NCBI GenBank assembly: GCA_964057225.1
Contig: OZ059896.1
Coordinates: 6,324,001 to 6,388,000 of the forward strand
Direction of reading: 5' to 3'
From: Auanema rhodensis
Taxonomy: Eukaryota; Animalia; Nematoda
Length of the DNA stretch: 64,000 bases
In this document: piece after piece, positions 1-11,800 of the stretch
Numbering within the stretch: position 1 is the stretch's first letter
How the letters are laid out: every line of letters begins with the position of its first letter
Made by a program: the position numbers and the translations under genes
The notes under the pieces: generated by a model
What the model saw: only the letters and a program-made list of their open reading frames with translations
What the model was told of the DNA's origin: nothing
The model's database searches: none

Positions 1-489
1 ATTTTAGGTTTTTAAATATTTTTATTGCTTTAATCTCATTTTTTTTGAAGTTAAATCGACTAATATTCTATATTATTGAAAATCTAGTTTTTTTTTTATT
101 TTATATTAGTTTATTGAAGGATTTATTTTAGAATTGTTCCTATCTTTCAATACTTTCAATGTTTTTTTTTTTCAAATAAAAAAAATAGTTTTGGTCAGAA
201 ATATGTTGTTCTACTCTAATATCTTATACTTATACAAAAACCTTAAAAATTTTTCAATATTTTTGACAAAAAATTTAAAATTTTACGATACCCTCAAGTT
301 TCATTTTGAGCTCATTTTACACTAATTTCTGAGCACTGCTTATCTCAGTGCAACAGAAATCTCTTTACTTCACCTATATGAAACCTATTTGAAACGTTTT
401 CTGTTTTAAAATATTCAATTGATTAATAAATTTTATTATTTTTTACTATTTAAAGAAATATTAGTGTTGGGTAATTCAGTTTCCTAATC

Positions 490-2415
490 ATGGAAACAGT
501 CACTGTTCGAATGGCACGTGGCGAACGCCATATTCCATGGGGCTTTGGAGTAACTGAAGGTCCAAAAGGAGAATCTATTATAGTAAATGTAAGTTTGAAC
601 ACTAATTATATGAACTAAATATGTGAAGTAAAATATTTTATTTTATTGTTGAACATCTGGATTTAATTAGTTTTTCCTCTTATTTATTCCTTTATGTCAA
701 TTAGCTATTTGAGATTTTTTTAAACCCAAAGAGAATTATCTAGATTTTGAAAACTTTATAAACAAATGAATAATTTTTATTTTTTAAAATTATTTGTTAA
801 ACAGAAATGTTTAATAGTTTCTTCAAGTTTTTTTTTTCATTTGTTTTATTTTAAAGAAAAATGGAGAGAACAGATATAAAGATTACTGATAAAAAGATAT
901 TAAGAAGAGATAGAATAGTGATTGAACACAAAAAAAAAAGAAAAAGAAGCAATTACTTCAATTTCAATCAGTGATTAGATTGTATTGAAATTTCATTTTT
1001 TAAATTACAATATTAAAAACTTTAAACATTTTCTTTTATTTTAATATTATTAAAATATAATAATTATATTTTATTCAGGTTGTTGGAGGATCTTTAGCTG
1101 ATAGAGCAGGATTGAGAAATGGTGACGAAATTGAACAACTTGAAGGATTAAACAACTTGGATATTAATGCTGTTGATCGCCTTCTTGTAACATCAAGAGA
1201 ACGTATTGAGCTTATCGTACACAGGTATGTGATTTAAAGAATCAACATATCCATGTAATATACATATGTATCTATCGTAAAATCTAATCGGTTCCGAAGA
1301 ATTATGAAATATGGTTTAAACCTTTTCCCGGATATAGTAGAATTATAAAAATATATTTAAATAATCATTGAAATTATTCATTAACTATATTTCGTATGAT
1401 TAATCAATTTAACTCAATATTCCCTTCTTTTCTCTTTCTCACTTTCATTTGATTCATTCAATTATAAATTTCACTTTCTATTAATGAATATTAAAAGCAT
1501 TTATCTTACCTTATAAACAGTTGAAGAATTGAAGAATGAAAGAGAATCTTAATTATTCCTTTTATGAACTGTTCGTATTTTCTTTTTCGATCTCTTTACC
1601 ATCAAATTGTAGTTCATTTCTCTTTCTCTCTTTCTTTCTTTTTCTTTATCTCTCTTATTCAATACATATCTTTATCTATATCTTTATATTCTCTAACCCC
1701 CCTTTTTCTATTTTCCTATAATGTATATGAAAACATTTTAGAAGTCATGTAGAGAGATATATACATACATATATGTACATATATCTATCTATCTATATAC
1801 ATATATACATATATAGATATTATAGATAATTTTCTCTTTTTGATTGGAATGAATGATAATATGTAAATTAGGCCACACATGGTATACACCCTAAGGCGTT
1901 TCTTCAACAACCTTTTCTTCAACACCCATCCTTCCTCTTTCAAATTGGGTGGAGCTGACTTTCGACGATTAACCTTTCTATATCTTCTATATTCTATCAA
2001 CTTCTATACATACATATCTTCGATTCAAATATAAAACTAAAAATTTATTTACTATTTTTATTTTTTTATTAAAATAATAAAATTATTATGGTTGTATTAA
2101 CTTCAACTCCGAAGCCATGGTATATTTAAAAAATTTTTTTTTAATATTTTCAAATACTATTAATTGATTTGATTAAACATTTGATTTTAGGCAATCAGGA
2201 GCAACATCGCAAGCTCATCATTTGGCTCATCATCATCAAGAACAGCAACAAGCACGTGTTTGGAGACCAGATGTTAAAGAATCTGGTGATGAACAGCGTC
2301 CTTATCATGTATCACTTGAACATAGCAGTGATGTAAGTGTATTAACGATAGATGTTGAATTTTAAATTTAAAAAACAAAATAAAAAAATAATTACATATC
2401 GTTATAAATAAATAA

Positions 2416-2446
<31 letters not shown>

Positions 2447-5400
2447 GAAAGTTATGATAAGTTAGGATCTTTCTATTTCGAATAACATTGATTATCATCC
2501 AATTGTGTCTGATAATTGGCCTTATTTTTCTCAAATCTCATTATCTGTCTTATATTTTCTCTTTTTCTTGTTCAAATGAATTAGAAAGATAAAAAACTTT
2601 ATCAATTAAGAGATTAATGAACATTTGACGATTTATTACAACTTTTTCAACATATTCAGATTATTTTTTCTTTTTAGTCAAGACCACCTGAAGGTTTTAA
2701 CTCATCGGCTTTACCTTTCCAAGCTGATCCCAGAGTTAAACATCTCCAATATAATTCTCCAATGGGATTATATTCCAATGCTAATGTTGCTGAAAGTTAT
2801 AATCAGCAAACTGCAGGATATGTTGATTCTCAAGCGTAAGTTAAAACTTTCTTTTTCTTTTCACTTTCAAACGTATAATTATTAAAAATATTTTTATATG
2901 AATACAGTACATTTACAATTTTTATTATAATTTTCATAAAATAATGAGATAGTTATATGTATATTCATGAGTTATCATCAAAAGGCATATCAATTATATT
3001 TATCATTTCATCCTATTTCTTAATTTTTCTGAAAATAAAAATATAACTTATAAGAAAATAATAAAGAAAATCAAAAAATAATACCTCTTCCGGTTTTATT
3101 GCTTCTTCTTCTTCTACTTTTGGTTCATTTGTATCTTTTTGAATTTCTTGTTTTATTTCATTATTATCAATCATTTCATCTGGTTTTGTTACTTCAATCA
3201 TATCCTTACCAAGATCATTTGTAACTTCTTTTAAATTAGCATTATTAACTTTATCTTCTGATTCCTCTGATTCAGAGACTATTTCACTAGAATCAGCAGG
3301 TTTCAAATTTCTGAATTCTTTTGAAAATTTAACTTCGAAATCTTCAGCAAGACGATTTAAAATATCTTTTTCGTCTGTTGTCAGATCTTTTAATGCTTTT
3401 GCAATCTGAAAATTTAAAAAAAAAATCAACAATTAATAATTAAATTCACATATTCTCTGACAATGTCTCGATTCTCAAATAGTCCACCTTCTTTAAAAAA
3501 GTCAAAAAATGATTGAGCAGCTTCTTTCGTCTAAAATATTTATATATAAATTATATAAGTTATTAGCTACTATTCCTATAATTTTGAAACTCAACTTATA
3601 TACATATGAAAGAAATTTTATACGAACTTTGCAACTTGTGAAATTAAAATTTACCTTTCCGTTTAATTTTTCAATAGACTTCTTAACATCATCAACAATT
3701 TTTATAAAAGATTCCTATAAATAAATATTAAATTAATTATAATTAAAATATAATATAATACCTTATAATTTCCTCTTAAACTATCTAATGTTTGATTAAA
3801 TGCTTTTACCTTTTCTACACTATCTATTCCAGAATCTTGTAAAATATTTTTGAGCTAAATATCAATTTAGTGTTCCTCTTTTTATAAAATAATCTTACAT
3901 CTGTAACCATTTTTTGATTATATACTCTATCTTCCATAGGAAGTTCTGAATCATTATCAGCTGGACGAGCATAGACGGATGAAATGAAAAACAGAATACA
4001 GATTAAGATTTGCATTTTTTTCCTTAAAATTATAAAAAATAAAAACAAATTGCAAATTAAAGTTTGAATAGAATAAGAAAACTAAAAATAATTTTTTTTC
4101 CATTAAACATATGTATATGTATGTATCTAGAATACCTTTTATACTTATTTCATATAATCTCTTATAGATAGACTATCCCATTTTATCCTTTTTTTTGTTC
4201 AAAAACGAGAATTATGATGATTCATTGAAAATTTAAATTAATCTCTACTTATATTACTTTATAATAGATTTTAAAATATTTTAAAATCAATTAGAAAACA
4301 ACTATGTTGTTTCTTAACATTTTTTTATTTTAATTAATATATTTTATTCAGTTCCCATTGAATATTCCTATTTCAGTGCTCAACATGCTCAAGATCAACC
4401 CAGCTATCTTCGTAGCGAAACATTACGTCTCGTAAAAGAGCAGGAAGCTCAAAGAGGTTTGTTTGATTTTCAAATTTCTTTTTAATATTTAAGAAGAAAA
4501 ATATTTTAACGAAAGCCATCATCATCTCATCTTTCAATTGATTTGTAAATCAAACCCAACGATAGAAGAAAGAAAAAATAGAAATTATATACATACGTCA
4601 ATATGAATGAATAGTATTATTCAAAAAATTTGGTTATATTCTAAAAATTTAAACAAGATTAGAATTGAGGTCGCCAAGAGATTACGCAAGATTTCTACTC
4701 TTAAATCTCTATTTCATTTCTCATTTCAACAAATTCTACAATACAAGTGAAAGAGGGGAGGAAGGTTTCAGAAGGAAATAGAAGAGAAATATGATTTTTA
4801 CAATTAAATCAACCGGTTACTCTAGATCTCATGATGGTAAAGATTATGATGACGATGATAAACCTTATAAACTATATACAAATATTGTTTGGAAGTTTTA
4901 AAATTAATATTTCGGTTCAATTTTATTGTGCGGGAATATAAATTTAAATAAAAAAAAAGAATATTTATATTTAATATTTATTGATAAATGTAAATTCCAT
5001 AAAATAAAAATATAATTTTAAGGTCCTCCAACACTTTCACAGCATCCAAATCCTGCTGGTCTTCCTCTATGCTTTGTGTGCAATCGTAAAATCTTGTAAG
5101 TTCAATTTTCACTTCTTTCCATTGAAATCAAATGTAAAGTAGAAAAGTTTGTGATGTTCTATAAGAAATTACAAAGAATATTATATTTAGATATATATAT
5201 ATATTCATATATGTATATTGTATAATATTTATAAGACAAACTTGTAATACAAATACTAAAACAGAAGATTATCTATGTTTTTCAAAGCAATATTATCTTA
5301 ATATTATCTTAATGATATTAATATGAAAAACAAATAGGAAAATAGCTTTTTCTTACTGCTGGGGAAAATAAGAATTGCTCTCTTTCTCTCACACACGCAT

Positions 5401-5531
5401 ACTCAAAGTTTTTTTTTAATATGAAATAATTTAGATGTCACTCACTCTTCTACTCTCGCTCCCTCTTAATTAATATTTAAGAATCACAATCTATATATGT
5501 AACTGTCTTTCATATATCATCTTGTAACCAC

Positions 5532-5586
<55 letters not shown>

Positions 5587-6365
5587 CACACCTCTCTCTC
5601 TCTCTCTCATTCATTGAGATTGCTCTGATTGCTTATAAGCCTTAACAATGTTCATCCAAGTAGAATAGTGCCTCCTGTTCTGTAGTACCGTATGCGACGA
5701 GGAGGAATTGCTACAGCAGCTTCACCTTCGAATAATGGCTCTGAGGCAGAATAGCCTTAATTATAAAATCAATGCTTCAAATATAATGTAAGTATTTACG
5801 GGCATTATCAATGAAATCTTCAGATCTACGAAGACGGCCCTCGAAGGCGCTTACAGCCATAGAAATCTGAAGACAACCCCTACCATATAGTTAACATATA
5901 ATGTATTACCTGTACAAGACTGATAACCAGTACAAAGAGCAAAACTCGCACGTTCATTTTCCTATAAATAATTCAATTTCGAAATTGAAATACACTATGT
6001 TATGAGATATATTAAGAATATCAAGTAATGTAATATGAAATCCATGAGAAGATAGGAGGGGGGAGGAGGTTTCCTATCCTCTAAATTTTTCATCTGATTA
6101 CGAAGGAATGCTATATGATGAGAATATTTAGAAATTCTTCTTTGGCCATTCAACACATCTTTTCATAAAACTCACGAATAACTCATTGAATTTATGTGGA
6201 AAAAAGGTGATAATCGTTTTTGATTCACTTGAAATATCGAAAGACGTCAGGTGACATATAAAATTAGAAAGATAATCAAATTTCTTCTTTTTATATAAAT
6301 AGAAAAGAATTTTTTATGCAAAATCATAATAGCCTTGTATTAAAAAAAGTTAAAAGGTGAGATAG

Positions 6366-6434
<69 letters not shown>

Positions 6435-8797
6435 AATAAAAAGTGAAAAAGAAAGAAAGAAACATAAATTAAGAATTAATAACTGAAAGATAGTAAAAAT
6501 ATCAACCATTCTAAATTTCAAACTTTTGGAAAATAAGATGTAGTCACGTAAAAGTTCACGTAAAATGAGAATGAACATAAATGGAAAATGCGATATTCGA
6601 GAAATTATTCCGGATATATCATCATCGAAAGAGAAACTTCAAGTAAATATATAAAAAAAATAAATATATGTATATATATTTATATAAGTTATATTACTAT
6701 ACATTATAGTTAATTTAGTTTTATATAATATTCTAATATTTATGTTTATTCAAAAGAAATTTTCTTTTTTTGATGCGGAGGTGACGATAAGACGGATGGT
6801 AAAATGAACATCATCCGGTTTCTACTAAAACATAGTTGGTTTCATGGCAAATGAATATGAGTTATCTTATATATAGTTATATATCTATCTATATATTGTA
6901 AAATAAGAAGAAAATAACTAGTAAAATAACTTTTTTATACTTTTATATATAAAAATATGTTAAAAATGAAATAAAAAAGAACAACAATTAAAAATAAGAT
7001 TAAAAAATGATAAGATCAATCTTATTTCAATAAAAGAAGTATATAAAAGATATACTACTTATTTTTATTTATTATAATACAAAGAATATTTATTAAAAAT
7101 GAAAAATAATAATATTATATTAAACTTTAATCAAAAATGAATGATTATCAAAGAATTATATCTATAGCTATAAGATTTCTTTAAATATACTTATAGTATA
7201 GTTATATAGTTATATGTATTCAATTCATAGAGCATTTATACATAAATCTGAATCGAAAAACTTCTGGAAAAAACAACAAAAAACTTTTTTTCAGAGGAGT
7301 TATGGCTAGAGCTGCTGGGCATGACCTGCATGCGGATTGTTTCCAATGCGCTACTTGCGGCAATAGCTTAAAGAATGTTGGACATCATTTTGTTGAACGT
7401 AAGCTTGTTTTTACTGTTTTATTTTACATTTTTAGTTGAAAATTAAAATTAAAATCCGATGAAAACAGAAGAATGAACAAATGAACAAAGTGAATTCGTT
7501 ACATTCGGGAAAAAAACAGAAAAATCCATCGTGAATTTAAACATTTAATCGTGGAAGAAAATACCAATGAAACAACATTTTGAATATTTAACATATTCTT
7601 GAAAATTATTTGTATTTTTTTATAAAACTGACAATAATTTTTATTTGAAATGAAAATGTAAGAGAGAGAAAAAGAGAGAGAAAGATAGAGAGAGAAAGAA
7701 AGAGGGAAAGAAAGAGAGAGTCAACACGATTGAACGAAGAAGGAAAAGATGAATGAATAACGGTTATGATGAAGTGAAATGAAATAATTTAATGTGCCAG
7801 TTAAAATGAGTTTTAAGTTGATTAGGTTTCTAAGCTTCAAATGAGCTTTCTTAAACTTGTGAATTTGAACTGAAACTAACAAAAGCGGAAGAAGTTTCAT
7901 TGCTTTATGAAGATGTAAAGACATCGTAATGTAAATTGGTCATTCCTTTAAGAGAGAAAAGTTGAAAGAAAAGAGGTTCAGGAGAACTAAAGGGGATAAA
8001 GATAAAATTACATTGAAGCTAAGAGAATGAATAAGAAGTTGGAGATGAAGGGTTAAATGAAAGTCAAGTTTGTTAGGAGGTAATATGAAATAAAGAAAAG
8101 GGAGGGGGTGGTAGGGGTGGAGCTGAGCTAATAGGAGGAGCTTGTGAGAGCTCTAATACTAGTTTACGTACATATTCAGCTTAATATTGACTATATACGG
8201 TAATAAGAAAATAAGAAAAAGCAATAAGAAGAGTAAGAGAAGAAGAGAAATGATGTCATCACTTGTTAAAAGATACTTGTATTATAATAAAAAATCTTTT
8301 AATGAAATTTTATAAAAAATTGATTATATTTTAATAAATATAAATAATCTATATATTATAAAAAGATTAAAAAAATAAATTTATTAAATTTTGAATGAAA
8401 ATCTAAAATGATATTCTATAGAATGATATTTAAGATAAATTCTATTGTGATATCCATGGACGTCAAAAGAAAGGTTTGACTTCAGCTGGTGGACCAGGAA
8501 TAGATCCCAATTTGGTTGTGTAAGTATATTCATTTGTTACTAAACTATTCTTAAATAAACACATAGTTTATATACATAAATATATAACTAAGTAGATGTT
8601 TAATATTGTATTGTCTGAGTTCTCATTTGTTTATAATTAAAATAGAACTTATGAACTTTTAATGAGAACGACAACAAAACTTTTGAAATAATTAAAAAGA
8701 TAACAACATTCGTAGTACATAAGTTTATACTTACTTACTTACTTATATCATATAACTTTATCTAATTTTCATTTATATTTAAAAATATCTGACTATA

Positions 8798-8843
<46 letters not shown>

Positions 8844-11800
8844 TATATGTATAATAGGTTCAGAAAAATAAGTAAAAAAACAATTTGAACTGAGTCTTTT
8901 GTATTAAATTGCTTTTCAAATCATAAATCTTTTCATAAATAAGGTAATTTTGATGAAATGTTCAAGATCGATTCAAATATTCAATATTTGGCTAAGGTCA
9001 TTCTTTTTATTTTTTTGAATATAACAGTAATGTGATCTATATCTTCGAACAAAACTAAAGATTGGAAAAATATTTCAAAAAGCTTATGAATGAGATCATA
9101 AAAGGATGTATGAAGTGAAGATGTAAGAAAAAAACTTTATAAATTCAGTATTACTCCTATTCTACAGATCAAAAATGAAAATTTTTATGAGAGTACGATG
9201 AAGCATATAAAGTTTTTGAATTAGAACTTGAAGTTTTATGATTAAGTACATGATGTAATCATAATCCTCTTCTTCTTTTTTTAATTAAAAGATACTGATG
9301 TCATTACTATCTTGTAAAAAAGTAAGAATATTCTATTCAATATTTTTAATTTTATATATTATAATATTAAGAAGAAAACTATAATAATTATTTACATATA
9401 TAGATATATATAAATATATTTTAATATATAAATTATACTTATATACTTATTTTATAATATTCAAATTTTTTCAATATATTTCAGTTATATGATGCGAAAT
9501 TTAAATTTTCGTATTAACCTAAAAACTAATATTTATGAAAAATAATGTTTATTTCCAGACAAACACCACCAACTGCAGCTCATCCTGTACGAGTACAGGA
9601 GAATGTTCAATCATTCTATCAGCCAAATATTCTTACCAGACGTCAACCGACAACACCAATTCAAACTAATAGTTATACATCTAATCATCAGATTAATGTA
9701 AATCTTACAAATCCAAAAACACAAGGACCAATCAGGTAATTTTTGAAATATTCTTTTCCAAAAAAAACAACAAAAGAAAAAACTGGAATTATTATTTTAT
9801 AATAAATAGAAAATAATATCTTAAACTATATTAATTTACTAAAAATTAATTTTCAAAATAAATTAATGAAACAAAGAAAAAAAATCAAATTTCAAAAATT
9901 GTCATTTATTTTTTTAATAAATACTATAAAATTAAAAGAATTTTTGTTATTTAAATGTATAAATTCATATTATTTTGTCAAAATAAAAGCACAACTAAAA
10001 TACAATTTAAGTAATTGCTTTGTGAACTGAACTTCAATTTTTAGTTTAAAATTCTAAGAAAAATATCTCGGACTATTATTCTTAGTCTGGTCATTTGTTA
10101 CCAGTCTTCATCAAATATTAAAAGAAAAAATATTAAAATACTATTGCAGTACTACATTATAGATTAAAAAAAACTATTTGTAAACTAATAATAGTAAATG
10201 AATTAGTTTAAGAAATAAGAAACTGATCTTTAAAGCTCTAATTATGTAGCTTCTTTTATGACTTTGAAGCTTAATTATGTTGTTGAAAACGTCCTTCAGA
10301 TCATCAATTTTGAAATTCAATTGCATAGTAGTACTGAGAAAGAAAGAAAAGTTCAATAAAGGTCTTAGAATTCAATTACCTTAACAGAATTAATGTTTTT
10401 TTTTTTGTATTAAAAATGTATTAAATGATTTTGAACTTTGAAGACAAAATTCAGAGAAATATTTGTAAATGCATGACAATTTTGAATAAAATGAGAACAT
10501 TAAGAAATAAAAATAATTTATGAAATTATATTTTTTAACTATTTTATATAATTATTCATAATGTCATTTATTTAATCTGTTGTAGTCCTGCTCAACGAGG
10601 GGTACCAACCAATAATATCTATGCTGGTGATCATGGTAGCTCTTCCAATGTGTCTCCACGAAGCTCGTCTTTCAACTACCAGCATCAGAATAGCTCTGCT
10701 CAACCTCAGATACAGCAGCAGCATCAACAGCATCAGCATTTGGAAAACTCTCGACCTCAATATGGTGGCAACACTGGAGTTACATCAACTAATTATAGCT
10801 ACAACTCCACTTCAACAGCTACTTCGGGAGCTGTACCAGCCCCACCAACTCAAGCACCACCACCTTTGCCAACAAATAATCAACGTGAGTTGTCTAGTTT
10901 TATACAAACCATAGATTTATGTGCATTTGCTTTGCTTTATGTTTGAGTTTTGCATGATTTTGTCGTTTAATTTCTATTTTTATTTGTTAAGAAGGGCTTG
11001 AAGTCAACACATGTCAACCTCTTCAACACCCGCATCATCTAGAAGTTATACAATCAGATGCTGTCTATGTCTCACCACGTCCACACGGTACTGTCTAGTT
11101 TCCTTGTCCTTCGTATGAAAACACTTATTTATGAAAACAAAAATATAATTTTTATCAAATATTCAATTAATAATCTATGTCCATTTGTCTATTGTCTGTT
11201 CTCTTTTAGAATCTCGTGTACCTGCCTCAGTTCGAAGCGCTGTCTCGCCCCGTCCGGGACGAGCGCCACGTAACTGGCCACCAGCGCCATCAAACCCTAC
11301 ATTGAATCGTTATTGGATTATTGATCCCGTTGGACAAGCAAACACTGAAAAGAATATCAATAATCAACCGAAATCGTTGCAAGAGCTTATACAACAAGAA
11401 GAACAAGCTCAACCATCTCGTTATGTCGAATCATACATAGTGCCTTCCAAAGAGAAACCGAAACAAGATAATACCAATCAGATTGATGCAAAAGAACCAA
11501 AAATTCATGATGGAATTCATTGGACAGTAATATCTGGTCCAGTCAAAGTGCTTCCAGATACAATACCACCAGCTACTCCTATACCATCTCCCAGATTGAA
11601 ATCACCTGCCCAGGATTCAATGCCTCCTCTGTTACCACAACTAAAGGTTTCAGAAGTATTAAGTAAAGATATTTCTGAAGTTGTTTCTAGTACAACAAAT
11701 TCAAGAACAAATATATTATGTAATAGATCTACTGCAAATAATTTACCAGTTCGTTCAATTGGAGAAATAGCAACAGATAAAAACGTCATTCCGAAAATAG

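Noticed and set aside
134-2534. Short F/L/I/K-rich ORFs in the track (also 6324-6578, 7721-7924, 16166-16778, 21933-23494)
   Set aside because: AT-rich intronic or intergenic noise and microsatellite translations, without coherent splice structure.
5630-5880. Apparent H/ACA-like RNA (hairpin-AGAATA..hairpin-ACA) with a TAAGCCTTAA telomerase-template-like stretch on the + strand
   Set aside because: The interval is fully explained by the three-exon minus-strand peptide gene. The hinge is too long, and the stretch does not template TTAGGC.
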